This document shows, one piece after another, positions 1 through 10,133 of a DNA stretch of 64,000 bases. The stretch spans positions 1 through 64,000 of the forward strand of contig JBFWVL010000001.1 of NCBI GenBank assembly GCA_050246755.1, written 5' to 3'. The position numbers were made by a program, and so were the translations under genes. This DNA is from Bacteriovoracia bacterium (GTDB lineage Bacteria > Bdellovibrionota > UBA1018 > CAIPTA01). Numbering within the stretch: position 1 is the stretch's first letter; the number at the start of each line of letters is the position of its first letter. The notes under the pieces were generated by a model. It searched no databases. It saw nothing but the letters and a program-made list of their open reading frames with translations, and was not told the DNA's origin.

Positions 1-474
1 TCCGTGCCATTCCCACTCCCCCCGCTCCCGGAAATTTTCGAAGCTGATCGTCCATACGCAAGCCATCATGAGAAGGATGGCGAGAAATTTGTAGCGGCTG
101 AGGCCTTGGCCGAAAAAGAAAAAGCCCTCGAGGGTGAGGAATAAGGGAGAGAGGCTGAATACCATGATCGTGCGCGCGGATCCGAGGCGCTGGTAGCCGC
201 GGAAAAGAAAGTAGTCCCCCACCGCCAAGCCCACGAGACCGCTCAGAAAGAAGAGACCCGCCGAGGCTCCCGAAAGATCGGAGAGTTTTTCTCCCAGCAA
301 AAATACAGACACCACGGCCGCCACGAGAAAAGCCGAACCCGCCACGCAGTTCTTCACGAGGTTCATCCATAGCGCGGAATGGGAAACGCTGAAGCGGGCG
401 AAGATCACGCTCGCGCCCGAAAAAAGGATCGCGGCCGCTAGGGCGAGAAAATAAGCGCCGTGGGCTTGAAGCAT
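1..474 (-). CDS. EamA/DMT family transporter (runs off the window edge)
   Basis: Manual translation from ATG 474: MLQAHGAYFLALAAAILFSGASVIFARFS...LSGLVGLAVGDYFLFRGYQRLGSARTIMVFSLSPLF; hydrophobic helices with an EamA-type pattern. Confidence 0.8.
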   Translation of the reverse strand, partial: MLQAHGAYFLALAAAILFSGASVIFARFSVSHSALWMNLVKNCVAGSAFLVAAVVSVFLLGEKLSDLSGASAGLFFLSGLVGLAVGDYFLFRGYQRLGSARTIMVFSLSPLFLTLEGFFFFGQGLSRYKFLAILLMMACVWTISFENFRERGEWEWHG

Positions 475-479
475 CGCGG

Positions 480-1163
480 CTAGTTCGTGACGGGCGGCGG
501 AGCCGGCGTGAAAGCAATACGTTGAAGCACCAGCTTTAGGACCGATCCTTTGGGTGTGAACTCCCTCACCTCACCGTGGATCTCGTAGGCATACATACCG
601 GTTTGATAAAGGCGAGCATTGGTGAATTTAGCCAAAAAGCCCGCGAGGCCGCTAGCGACCGGTGCGCCAGACACCATGCGGCTGCTTTGGTAGCGGCCGC
701 GATAGCTTTGGATCAGGTAGGTGGTATCCACGCGCGATTTCACCCCCGCAGCGGAAATGGTCAGGAGACTCATCACGGGAAACCCGTACTCCGAGGATTC
801 GGTACTATTGATGACCGTGGAACATACGGGCTGCAAAATGCCGGACTGATCGAAAAATATTTCCTGGTAATGCACTTGCTGCGAAAGGTTATTATCGCGG
901 TCTTCCCGGGCGAAGTATTCCACGCCTCTATTTTGGTACGTGCCGGCGGGGAGGTTTTCGGCATCCGTTATAGGAAGGGCGCCCGGAACAAAAAGAGAAA
1001 TGGGCGAATAGTTCCCTTGGCATGGTCCGCTAGGAGCGGGAGCCTGTTTTTTACCGCCGCCCTGGGTGAGCTCAGGGTCTTGCTTCGTGGAAGGCCCGCA
1101 GCCGGCCAATAGCAGAACACTCAGAATAAAAAATCTCGCCTGAAATACGCGCATCCTTGGCAC
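480..1163 (-). CDS. hypothetical lipoprotein
   Basis: Lipobox LLAGC after a hydrophobic signal; co-oriented with neighbours; start could be ATG 1154. Confidence 0.7.
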   Translation of the reverse strand: MPRMRVFQARFFILSVLLLAGCGPSTKQDPELTQGGGKKQAPAPSGPCQGNYSPISLFVPGALPITDAENLPAGTYQNRGVEYFAREDRDNNLSQQVHYQEIFFDQSGILQPVCSTVINSTESSEYGFPVMSLLTISAAGVKSRVDTTYLIQSYRGRYQSSRMVSGAPVASGLAGFLAKFTNARLYQTGMYAYEIHGEVREFTPKGSVLKLVLQRIAFTPAPPPVTN

Positions 1164-1199
1164 CCCTTCCCGAAAATATATCCTATCTAATAGCGAAGT

Positions 1200-2372
1200 T
1201 TAAACAGAGAACTTCATCAGACGGGACATCCCCTCTTCTACCTCGTTTTCCCTGGAATACACGCCGGGGGAAAGGCGCACGAGGGGTTTATTCCCAACCT
1301 GTGGGAGCGCCAGCTGCACGTTACATTCGCGATAGATCCTGGTGGCCAGCTCGATCGCCGGGCCGTCTCCCCAGCCCACCGGCCGTGCAAAGCTGACCAG
1401 CGGCCCCATCCTGCCAGGTTCGCTGGGGCAAGCCCGCACCCAGCCCTGCGTCTCCGCCAGGCTCGCAGCTAGATCGCGCCACTTTCTTTGCTGCGCGCGG
1501 ATTTTCTCCGCTCCCTTTTCCTGCCAAAAATCCAGCACGGTACCGAGCGCCAAAAAAGGAATTGGGTCGATCGTGCCCGGCATTAGCCGGAGTGCCGCCT
1601 CGGCATCTCCCTCACCGAACGTTCCGTAGGAAGGAGGGATGCCAAAGCTCCCCCATCCCCCAAATTTCCACTCCAGCTTCCCTCGCCAGCGCGGGTTCAC
1701 CCAGCCAAATCCCGTTCCCGCCGGGCCAAGAAACCATTTATGAAAATTACCCCCGTAAAAATCAACGGCGCCTAGCTCACGGAGGGCCAGCGGCAAGGCC
1801 CCCACCGCATGCGCTCCGTCTACCAGCACCGCAATTCCGCGCTCGCGCAGCGACTCCGCTATCTTTGCGATCGGAAGCACGGCCCCGGTGCCGGTGGCCA
1901 CATGGCTGATGAGAAATACCTTCGTCTCCGGCTTCAGGGCGGCTAGGCATGCGGCCACCACGGCGTCGTCGCCGGCGGGATGCATGGGTAGAGCAAAGGA
2001 ACGGAAGCCCAGGCGCTCTTGCTGCGCGCGCCATCGCGCCAAATTCGAGATCGCCCCGTATTCGTGATCGTTCGTCAGAATTTCCGCGCCGGCTGCCATC
2101 GGCAGGGCAAACAGAAAATCGTTGAAGGCCGCCGTCACGTTCGCACGGAGAAATAAATCCGCCGGTTCGGCGCCCAAAAAAACCGCCAAGCGCTTCTGCA
2201 CTTCCCAGAGCGCGGGAAAACTCTGCACCATCGCCTTGGTCGGGTTCATTTCCGAGCGATCACGGGCACTCCGCATCCAGTCGAGCACCGCCAAGGGCGT
2301 GCGCGACTGGGTTCCCGCATTCAGGAAGAAAATTTCCCGGTCCTGCGTGAAGAGAGAGGAAAAATCGCCCAC
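1200..2372 (-). CDS. class V PLP-dependent aminotransferase/lyase (isopenicillin N epimerase/EgtE-like)
   Basis: VDGAHAVG and GNFHKWFLGP (PLP lysine) motifs. Confidence 0.85.
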   Translation of the reverse strand: MGDFSSLFTQDREIFFLNAGTQSRTPLAVLDWMRSARDRSEMNPTKAMVQSFPALWEVQKRLAVFLGAEPADLFLRANVTAAFNDFLFALPMAAGAEILTNDHEYGAISNLARWRAQQERLGFRSFALPMHPAGDDAVVAACLAALKPETKVFLISHVATGTGAVLPIAKIAESLRERGIAVLVDGAHAVGALPLALRELGAVDFYGGNFHKWFLGPAGTGFGWVNPRWRGKLEWKFGGWGSFGIPPSYGTFGEGDAEAALRLMPGTIDPIPFLALGTVLDFWQEKGAEKIRAQQRKWRDLAASLAETQGWVRACPSEPGRMGPLVSFARPVGWGDGPAIELATRIYRECNVQLALPQVGNKPLVRLSPGVYSRENEVEEGMSRLMKFSV

Positions 2373-3247
2373 TAGAGAGCCCTAGCGTGGGTGGAGGTCT
2401 TTAGCTTAGAAAAGTTTTTCCCTTTATTCTGGCCGAGCTCGCTGATGGTCAGCTCCATCTTCGTAAGGGACTCTTTGGATTTAGGCTCGAAGTAGAGCGT
2501 GCCCGCGCCTTCCGTCTCCACGTTTGCCGTGGCGCCCGAGGGAAGCTTCGAAACCTGCCGCGACTTGGCCAGCGTGATCCCGATGGACATCACCTTTACT
2601 CCCCCGGCTTCGGCCCACCCATCGAACTTACAGTCGAAAGAAAGCTTCATGCTCGCAGTATCGAGCTGGCCCTTCCATACCGCCCCGATCGCTTTATTCC
2701 CGGCGCCGGGAATACAAGTATAGTCCTGCAAGAGTCCCTTCATGCCGTCGAGCACCACTTCCTCGCGGAAGGTCATCAGCAGCGCCTGCCGCGCTGCGGG
2801 ATCCTTCACCTCCGCGGCGAGCTGGGCCCGCACGGCTTCGAGGTTGTCGATTTTTTTCGGTTGTCCTCCGCTACCGCTGACGCTGAGCGGTTTGGCGCTG
2901 AGATATAGGGAAAGATCCTGCGCAGTAACGTGGGGATCCATTCCCGGCATCAATTCCATTTTGGAGCGCGTACGGTAGGCCTCGTAGACCATCTCGAAAT
3001 GGTCCACGCCTTCTTCCGCCGGCATTTTTTTCCAGCGTATGCTTTGGTTGGTCTCGCTGGTGAATTTAGGCTTTTCGCTTCCATTCTCATAGGCGCTGAA
3101 CGACATCGCGTATTCATAGCGGGCGTCCGCCAGCGTAACCGCGGCCGGTGAAACTTCTTTCCATTCCGCCTTCAGAGGGTAGGTGCCGAAGTCGGTAAAA
3201 ATTGCCGCCGCTGCGTCTGGCGAAAAAAAGAGCAGGAAAAAAAGCAT
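2372..3247 (-). CDS. hypothetical secreted protein
   Basis: Likely start ATG 3247 (MLFFLLFFSPDAAAA) with GAGGT RBS; stop overlaps the next start (TAGTG). Confidence 0.7.
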   Translation of the reverse strand: MLFFLLFFSPDAAAAIFTDFGTYPLKAEWKEVSPAAVTLADARYEYAMSFSAYENGSEKPKFTSETNQSIRWKKMPAEEGVDHFEMVYEAYRTRSKMELMPGMDPHVTAQDLSLYLSAKPLSVSGSGGQPKKIDNLEAVRAQLAAEVKDPAARQALLMTFREEVVLDGMKGLLQDYTCIPGAGNKAIGAVWKGQLDTASMKLSFDCKFDGWAEAGGVKVMSIGITLAKSRQVSKLPSGATANVETEGAGTLYFEPKSKESLTKMELTISELGQNKGKNFSKLKTSTHARAL

Positions 3248-3457
3248 GGAAACCTCGTGAAATACCGCGTTGGGTTTTGAGCTTAGCAAGAATACTTTAC
3301 GTTCGCGGCGATTTTGCGGGCAACCTAAAATTCCCGTTTTTGTGGAAAGAAGCCCCGGGTGGGTAGCCCAGGTGCCGTAAAACGCTAGGAATGGATCTTG
3401 CGTGATCGGGAATAGCTGGCCATTTTGGCCGCTACTGGAACCAAAACAGGAGAGCGT

Positions 3458-3625
3458 ATGGACCAAAAGAAAAAATTCGACAATAAATCGGAAAAAGAAA
3501 CCCTTCGCCATAAAGCCGGCGACAAAATCGAACGCTTAGGAGAGAAAATGTCTAATGCTGGTTTGCCTAAAACCGGTAAGGCCATTTATAACGCCGGAAA
3601 CAAGCTCGAGCATTCTGATAAATAA
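3458..3625 (+). CDS. small hydrophilic protein (CsbD/stress-protein-like)
   Basis: GGAG RBS before ATG 3458; MDQKKKFDNK...AGNKLEHSDK; followed by a terminator. Confidence 0.65.
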   Translation: MDQKKKFDNKSEKETLRHKAGDKIERLGEKMSNAGLPKTGKAIYNAGNKLEHSDK

Positions 3626-3643
3626 TTAATTCGTATCAGAATC

Positions 3644-3678
3644 AAAACCGCGGGTGGTTTTTCCACCTGCGGTTTTTT
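3644..3678. terminator. bidirectional intrinsic terminator
   Basis: AAAACCGCGGGTGG-ttttt-CCACCTGCGGTTTT between convergent genes. Confidence 0.8.
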
Positions 3679-4300
3679 ATTGTTCCACGGTTTCCACTTT
3701 TCTCAATTTGGAGCGGCACACGTACTGCAGCCCGCCTTTCACCTGGCTCACGACGGCCGTGAGCTTATCATCTTTCTGCACGATGGAGTAAAAGCAGCGC
3801 CCGGTTACGCTTCCGCCTACGCACGCATGAAATAAGATCAGATTTCCGTTGGCCGGATCGGAAGTACACTGCACTCCCATTTTTTTTGCGCTCGCGGCGT
3901 TCTGCACTTTTGGAAAATCGAGCGCAAGCGGCTGCACTTCCTGCCCGTCGCCGGTGAATTTTATTTCCACCCCGCCCTTTTGGGGATCCCGGTTGGTGCT
4001 GGGATCCGCTTCGTAAGAAAATATCGAGTAACGGGTTGGCACCAAAAAGTTATCCAACGCCGCCTTGTTTCCGTTCAGGGTGCATTCACTCGAACCGATT
4101 TTATAAGAACCGGCAAGCTCCTCGTAAGGGCAGGCATTTTGTGCCTCGGCCGCCGCAGAAACTCCGGTGATGCTCTTAAAATCACGATTCTGCACCACCA
4201 CGGCAGCCGCTCCGGCTTCTCCGGCAGTTTTTTCTTCGTCTTTCCCGCACGCGCTGAGCACGCAGGCGAGGGCAACAAGCAGCAATATTTTAGCGTTCAT
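3677..4300 (-). CDS. hypothetical lipoprotein
   Basis: MNAKILLLVALACVLSAC lipobox; GAGG RBS; six further Cys. Confidence 0.75.
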   Translation of the reverse strand: MNAKILLLVALACVLSACGKDEEKTAGEAGAAAVVVQNRDFKSITGVSAAAEAQNACPYEELAGSYKIGSSECTLNGNKAALDNFLVPTRYSIFSYEADPSTNRDPQKGGVEIKFTGDGQEVQPLALDFPKVQNAASAKKMGVQCTSDPANGNLILFHACVGGSVTGRCFYSIVQKDDKLTAVVSQVKGGLQYVCRSKLRKVETVEQ

Positions 4301-4374
4301 GGTGAGCCTCAAATCGTAGTTATAATGCGCCGCGTTGAGATTTATCACCGCTCGTCTTCCGGTGCAAGCGCTAG

Positions 4375-4520
4375 CTGGTCTACTTGATTGTTGTTTTTCG
4401 GGCGATTCGCTCGTGAATTCGCAAACCTAGCTCCAACTGGTATAGATTAGAAACCATTTTAAAAAATTGTCGAAGGACTGCGCGTGGTTAGCCGCTTCCA
4501 TCAACAATCAAGTAGACCAG
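4375..4520. mobile_element. MITE copy 1 (146 bp)
   Basis: Perfect 19-bp TIR CTGGTCTACTTGATTGTTG / CAACAATCAAGTAGACCAG; colinear with 15135-15279 and 55018-55163 in the opposite orientation; TIR shared with the IS at 48551-49530. Confidence 0.85.
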
Positions 4521-4522
4521 GT

Positions 4523-5707
4523 TCAAATGCCACCGCTCGCAGCCCAATCACGCTGAAAGAGCGCCGAAAAATATTGGCATACCGAATCGCCGGTAATCAG
4601 CACGGCCGTCTCGCGGTTGCTCAGAACGGAATTTTCGTCCCAGTTGATGGAGCTCACTAAGGTCTTGGTCCCGTCCACGAGTAATCCCTTGTTGTGGATA
4701 TAATCCACTCCCATCGCTTTTAAATTCGCGATCCTGGCCTCCACCCTATATCCCTGGCCGCCAAGCGCATTGAGCGCATCCACCGTGGGCTGATTTTTCG
4801 ATTTCGTGGGTTCCTTGGAATGATTGAACACGCTCTCGTCGTTCAGTAATACCCGCACCTTCACGCCTCGCTTGGCGGCCGCTACCACGGCGTCGAAGAG
4901 CGAAGAACTGCGGTCGCCCCAATCCGAACTGAACATCATTTGCTCGATATCGATGGAAAGACGCGCCGAATTCAGCAGCGCCAGAAGAGCCGTTTCGCTA
5001 TTTTCCGGAGCCGTAATTTTCTGCACGGCCGTAGCCACAAGGCCAGGCTCGGGCGAAAACGTTTTTTCTTCGGGAAGAAGCATCTTCATCGCGGCCGATT
5101 TTGCCTCCGCGAGGTCCATCACGTCCCCGTGGGCGAGGCTCGTGTCGGACGAAAATAGGCCTGAGAAATCCTGGGCCAGATTGCGGTCGCGCACGATCAC
5201 TTCCCAGCCGCGATTTCCCTTGGTGCCGGGCGCAGGATGTCCCGAGGGAGAATAATTTTCCGAGCCGATGAGCACGGCTTCATTGTCGACCACGGCGTAC
5301 TTGCCGTGGTCAAAACGGAAGCGGCGCTTTGCCAAAGTAGCGTGGGAGCTCATCACGTAAAAATGATCGTTGCCGCTGGCTTGTTTCATGGCGGCCACCA
5401 AGCGCGCCTGCACTGCCCTGCCCTCTTTCGAGAGGCCGCCTACTGGTTGATTCTCCGCGAGGATCTCTACGTTCACGCCGGCCTGAATCCTCTCCTCGAT
5501 GGCATCGGCAATCGGATCCGAGGTGAATTCGTAGATATTGATGAAAAGATTTCTCTTGGCGCCGGAGATGGCTTTCAGCGTGAGCGCGAGGTCGTTTTCG
5601 GGCGCGTTGCCCACTTCCACCGGAATCGCCACGGCGGAAGCCGCGAACCAAAAACTTAGCAGTAGGCTTAGAACCGAGACCCCTAATAGTTTCCGTTTCA
5701 TTTCCAC
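4523..5707 (-). CDS. secreted phospholipase D-superfamily enzyme
   Basis: Two HKD motifs (HGKYAVVD, HNKGLLVD); signal peptide. Confidence 0.9.
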   Translation of the reverse strand: MEMKRKLLGVSVLSLLLSFWFAASAVAIPVEVGNAPENDLALTLKAISGAKRNLFINIYEFTSDPIADAIEERIQAGVNVEILAENQPVGGLSKEGRAVQARLVAAMKQASGNDHFYVMSSHATLAKRRFRFDHGKYAVVDNEAVLIGSENYSPSGHPAPGTKGNRGWEVIVRDRNLAQDFSGLFSSDTSLAHGDVMDLAEAKSAAMKMLLPEEKTFSPEPGLVATAVQKITAPENSETALLALLNSARLSIDIEQMMFSSDWGDRSSSLFDAVVAAAKRGVKVRVLLNDESVFNHSKEPTKSKNQPTVDALNALGGQGYRVEARIANLKAMGVDYIHNKGLLVDGTKTLVSSINWDENSVLSNRETAVLITGDSVCQYFSALFQRDWAASGGI

Positions 5708-5848
5708 CCCCTGATTGACTCCCTAAAAGGTAGAGAGGAAAAATGGAGCGGACAAGCGGATTTACGCAGCATCAGCCGATGACAGACGCTGTCTTTTCCT
5801 GTCAGGATTTGGAGTGGGCGACGGGTATATTTTTACCCAAAGCTTCGG

Positions 5849-6421
5849 CTATTGCTCGCTATCGCCGGCCAATAATTTTTCCGGTAAGTCTTGCAAAAGC
5901 GAGGGACCATGCTCTTGGGGCGTGATCAGCCAGGCGCGGTCGTAGGATTCCCCCGGCATTTTCGGCGCTTTTTTCACCCCGAACGCTTTGGCGATATCCT
6001 TCATGCTGTCGTGGTTCCAGCAAATCACCACGAATTTTCCATCGTAGGCGGCCGTCTCGTTCACGTGGCTCACCATTTCCGAAACGTCCTCGTCGGTATA
6101 AGCGGAATTCACGGCGAGATGCATCTCTTCCGACACGTATTTCAGGGTTTGGAGCGCGCGGATCGAACCCTTTTTCTTTTTCTTGGGAGCCATGCCCACC
6201 AACGCCACCGGTGCCCCGTGCTGGCTGAATTCCGCGCGCTGAAATAATTTCGGCAGGGCGCGGGCGCGCTCCCAGCCGCGCTCGGAAAGCTCGCGGCCCT
6301 CTTCCCCTTCCGGCTTCTCGCCGTGACGAATGAGCAGCACCTGCGCCGGCTTCGCCTGCGCGAGCTCGCTCAGCAGAAAAAGAGAACAAAGGGCGAGAAG
6401 GGAAATTCGGAGACGCATCAT
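5849..6421 (-). CDS. secreted histidine phosphatase-superfamily protein
   Basis: LIRHGE motif; signal peptide ending AQA. Confidence 0.8.
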   Translation of the reverse strand: MMRLRISLLALCSLFLLSELAQAKPAQVLLIRHGEKPEGEEGRELSERGWERARALPKLFQRAEFSQHGAPVALVGMAPKKKKKGSIRALQTLKYVSEEMHLAVNSAYTDEDVSEMVSHVNETAAYDGKFVVICWNHDSMKDIAKAFGVKKAPKMPGESYDRAWLITPQEHGPSLLQDLPEKLLAGDSEQ

Positions 6422-6510
6422 GATTACCTCTCCCTAATTTTACCCACGGAAATAGAAAGAGACCACTCCTTAAGAGCGGCCTCCCATAATCTAGGTCTTG
6501 GGAAACTAGA

Positions 6511-7740
6511 TTACTTCGTTACCTTGCGCAGGATACTGCTTTTGATGGTATTGCCCGCAGAATCCGTGGATTCCGCCTGGAAGAAATATTGCGTGGCCCC
6601 TTGCAGGCTGCCCACGTGCACCTGGTGCACCGTATTCGTGCTTCCGCTTTCCACCACCACGTTATCGAGCTGGGCGCTGCTGAGTCCCCAATAGACCTTT
6701 CCGTCGGCCGGCACGCCCTCGGTTTGCCAGATGAGATCGGCGCTATCGGCCGAGGTCACTCCGTCGAACGCTGTGATCGCGAGCGTGGCCGTGCTGGTAG
6801 AGGTACTCGTAGAGGTGGTCGTGCTCGTGGAAGTGCTGGTGCTGGTATTGGTGGCCACGGGATCCGGGGGGCAAGGATTCACCGTGGTGCCATTCGTCAG
6901 GAAAAAGTTCGCGGCGGGAATGGGCTTCCATCCCCGGGCTAAAAGATTATTGTATGCGGATTTTGCCACCGAAGGGCTATGCGTGGAATCGAAGTACATA
7001 TCATTGCCGGCTTGTCCGTCGGCCGGATCAAGCCACGCGCCGTGGGCCGTGGGCCAATCACGCCACATCAGCACGGCGGCGATGTGAAAGCGCGGGCCCT
7101 GGTAGTAGCGCAGACGTAAATTCAGCGCGCTCTGGGCGTTAAGGCTCACCGGCGCGCGGGCCACCACGAATTTCGTGCCGTGCGTTCCGTCGTTGTCTAC
7201 CACCGTCTCCCAGTGGTCATTTACTTTTTGCTCGAGCACGGCGCCGTCGTCGGCAAGCAGGGCGAATTGTTTATCGCCCGCGGTATCGCCGGCGGCCAGC
7301 TTCAGGATCGTGTTGAAATCGATGGCGAACCACTCGTAGAGCGTATTGCCCTGGGGCGTGGTGATCACCGAGCCCTGCGTGGTGATGAATCCCGAATCGA
7401 AGGGACGCGTGGGCACGTTCACCTGATCGAAGAAGAGTGTGGCGTCGAGCTTGGTGCCGTTGGTTAGATAGTCGGTCACGTTGTCGTAATGAGGTAAACT
7501 GGAATCTAGATAGTATAAATCGGCCTTAAGGCCGTGCTGTCCGCCGATCGAAGTGGTGCCGCCGAGCGGGTTACAAACCGGGTTAGAAACCTGGGGATCC
7601 GTGGAGATACGGGCATTATCGACGGTAACCGTGGAATTTCCCGCTTCTACCGAGGTGGGCAGTTCGCACCCCGTGAGCAAGGGCGCGCATAAGCAGAGAA
7701 CCAGCCAAAACCAGAATGATTTCCATGATTGAACCGACAT
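6511..7740 (-). CDS. lipoprotein with PA14-like domain, Thr/Ser linker and FN3-like domain
   Basis: LTGC lipobox; LADDGAVL...DNDGTH...YYQGP PA14-like motifs; (ST)n linker; C-terminal W...Y FN3 pattern; GGAGG RBS. Confidence 0.75.
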   Translation of the reverse strand: MSVQSWKSFWFWLVLCLCAPLLTGCELPTSVEAGNSTVTVDNARISTDPQVSNPVCNPLGGTTSIGGQHGLKADLYYLDSSLPHYDNVTDYLTNGTKLDATLFFDQVNVPTRPFDSGFITTQGSVITTPQGNTLYEWFAIDFNTILKLAAGDTAGDKQFALLADDGAVLEQKVNDHWETVVDNDGTHGTKFVVARAPVSLNAQSALNLRLRYYQGPRFHIAAVLMWRDWPTAHGAWLDPADGQAGNDMYFDSTHSPSVAKSAYNNLLARGWKPIPAANFFLTNGTTVNPCPPDPVATNTSTSTSTSTTTSTSTSTSTATLAITAFDGVTSADSADLIWQTEGVPADGKVYWGLSSAQLDNVVVESGSTNTVHQVHVGSLQGATQYFFQAESTDSAGNTIKSSILRKVTK

Positions 7741-7917
7741 AGCGCCTCCTGGCAACTGGGAACATCCTTGTTAATATAATTTAACAATATTTGACGCTAC
7801 TTGTCAAGTACCGGAAAAGCGCTGGAGATGCAAGGAGATGGCAGCTGGGAGCCTCCCTGAATTCCACACTTTTTCCACCTCCTGGCTATATAATCGAAGA
7901 GTTAAGCAGGAGGATGT

Positions 7918-9162
7918 ATGTTCGTCGTAACTTTATTGCTGATCACTCTCCCCGCCCAGGCACAGACGATCTCCTGGCAAGAAGCCGTGGCGCTGGCGCA
8001 AAAAAACAATCCCGAGCTTAGCGCCGCGGAGGCCACGCTGCGAGCCAATGCCGCCCAAGTGGGATCGGCACGGGCCGGGTTCTTGCCCAAAGTTACCGGA
8101 AGCCTTAGCGCCACTCGTGCCAATTCCGTCAGCGGCAATACTTCCCTTCCCCCCTCGAATTCGTATGCAGCCACCCTCACGGGTTCACAAAATTTGTTTG
8201 CCGGTTTTCAGGATGCCGCCCGGGTGAGGCAGGCCGAAGCCAATACCGCGGCGGCCGAGGCCGAAGCGCAAGCCGTGAAGGCCCGCCTAAGTTACGAGCT
8301 GAAAACTTCCTTCGAAGGCTTGCTCTACGCGCAGGAATACCGCGCCCTTACCCAGGAAATCATCAAGCGCCGCCGCGACAACCTGCGGCTCGTGCAGCTT
8401 CGCTTCGAAAGTGGCAGAGAAAATAAGGGCTCGGTACTGCTCTCGCAGTCTTATCTTTCCCAGGCGGAGTTCGACGGCCTGCAAGCGGAAAATACCAAAC
8501 GCTCTACCGGCGCCGACTTCAGCCGCACCCTCGGAATGGAGCCGGACGATGCACTCATCATTACCGGCGCCGTGCCGGTGGCCGAGCCAGGGGAAATCTC
8601 AAACTTTCAGCCAATCGCATTGGCCTCCCCCACTTACCTGCAAGCACGCGCCCAGGAAGCGGCCGCGAACGCCGGCATCGGGATCGCAAAATCGGGCTTT
8701 TTCCCCAGTCTCGATCTCAGCGGAACCTTCGGCCGCAGCAGCAATACTTTCTTCCCGCAAGCTCCCAACCGCTGGCAAACCGGCCTGACCCTCACCTTTC
8801 CCTTCTTCAACGGGGGCCGTGATCTCTACGCCACCAAGGCCGCCGCCGCCACCTGGGAGGCCGCCTCCCTGCGCGCCGAGGATAGCGGCCGCTCCCAGAC
8901 CGCGGAGCTCACGCAGGCCTTCACCGCCTATCAGGAAGCGGCGGCGAAACTGAAAGTGGACGAAGGCTTCCGCAACGCCGCCACGGTGAGAGCGGAGATT
9001 GCCCGCACGAAATACAATAACGGCCTCCTATCCTTCGAGGACTGGGACACGATCGAGAACGACCTCATCACCAGGCAAAAAACGCACCTTCAGAGCAAGC
9101 GCGCCCGCGTGGTGGCCGAGGCCGCCTGGGAACAGGCTCAGGGAAAAGGGGTACTGCAGTGA
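7918..9162 (+). CDS. TolC family outer membrane efflux protein
   Basis: ALAQKNNPEL, AGFLPKV, GFFPSLDL repeats; first gene of a tripartite pump operon. Confidence 0.9.
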   Translation: MFVVTLLLITLPAQAQTISWQEAVALAQKNNPELSAAEATLRANAAQVGSARAGFLPKVTGSLSATRANSVSGNTSLPPSNSYAATLTGSQNLFAGFQDAARVRQAEANTAAAEAEAQAVKARLSYELKTSFEGLLYAQEYRALTQEIIKRRRDNLRLVQLRFESGRENKGSVLLSQSYLSQAEFDGLQAENTKRSTGADFSRTLGMEPDDALIITGAVPVAEPGEISNFQPIALASPTYLQARAQEAAANAGIGIAKSGFFPSLDLSGTFGRSSNTFFPQAPNRWQTGLTLTFPFFNGGRDLYATKAAAATWEAASLRAEDSGRSQTAELTQAFTAYQEAAAKLKVDEGFRNAATVRAEIARTKYNNGLLSFEDWDTIENDLITRQKTHLQSKRARVVAEAAWEQAQGKGVLQ

Positions 9163-10130
9163 AAGCAAAATACTGGCTGGGAATTCTGGCCGTCCTGATT
9201 TTAATGGGTGGAGGTTTCTACTACTGGAAATCAAATCGCGTTCCCGCCGTCAGCTACCGCGAGGTAATCGTAGAGCGCGGCGATCTTTCTACTTCGATCT
9301 CCGCCACCGGCACCGTGCAGCCCGAGAACCGGCTGGAAATCAAGGCGCCCATCGCCGGCAGAATGGAAAGCGTGCTGGTGAAGGAAGGCGATAAAGTGCG
9401 TAAAGGCCAGATCCTCGCTTGGATGAGCTCCACCGAAAGAGCCGCGCTACTCGACGCCGCCCGCTCGCGCGGTGAAGAAGAAGTAGCGAAGTGGACCGAG
9501 ATGTACCGCCCCACTCCGGTGATCGCCCCTATTTCCGGAACCTTGATCTTGCGCAGCGTGGAGCCCGGCCAAACCTTCACCGGCACCGACGCAATTCTCG
9601 TGATGTCGGACCGGCTCACCGTGAAAGCGCAGGTGGATGAAACCGATATCGCGCAAGTGCGCCTGAAGGAATCCGCCACCATCACCCTCGACGCGTATCC
9701 CGGAAAAGAAATGCCGGCGAAGGTGGACCAAATCGCGTTCGAAGCGAAAACGGTGAATAACGTGACCACCTACGTGGTGGACGTGCTCCCCGATTCCACT
9801 CCCGAATATATGCGCGCCGGGATGACGGCGAGCGTCTCCTTCGTGACGGAATCGAAAAACGGCGCCCTCGTGGTACCCAGCGAAGTGCTAAAATCCGCCG
9901 AGCGCGGATTCGCCGTGATGGTACCCTCGCCGAATGGCCCGGTAGAAAAGCCCGTGAAGATCGGCCTCACCGATGGAAAACGAACCGAAATTCTCGAAGG
10001 ATTGGAAGAGGGCGATAAAGTTCTGGCCGCCCAGCTCGAGCTCGGAAAGAAATCATCCCAGGGAAGCAGCCCGTTCAGTCCCTTCAACAAGCGCCCCAGC
10101 GGCGGAAAAAATTCGGGAAGCAGGCGCTAG
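9159..10130 (+). CDS. macA: MacA-like periplasmic adaptor
   Basis: N-terminal TM helix; ATGTVQP, VKEGDKVRKGQIL, VDETDI motifs. Confidence 0.85.
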   Translation: MKAKYWLGILAVLILMGGGFYYWKSNRVPAVSYREVIVERGDLSTSISATGTVQPENRLEIKAPIAGRMESVLVKEGDKVRKGQILAWMSSTERAALLDAARSRGEEEVAKWTEMYRPTPVIAPISGTLILRSVEPGQTFTGTDAILVMSDRLTVKAQVDETDIAQVRLKESATITLDAYPGKEMPAKVDQIAFEAKTVNNVTTYVVDVLPDSTPEYMRAGMTASVSFVTESKNGALVVPSEVLKSAERGFAVMVPSPNGPVEKPVKIGLTDGKRTEILEGLEEGDKVLAAQLELGKKSSQGSSPFSPFNKRPSGGKNSGSRR

Positions 10131-10133
10131 GGC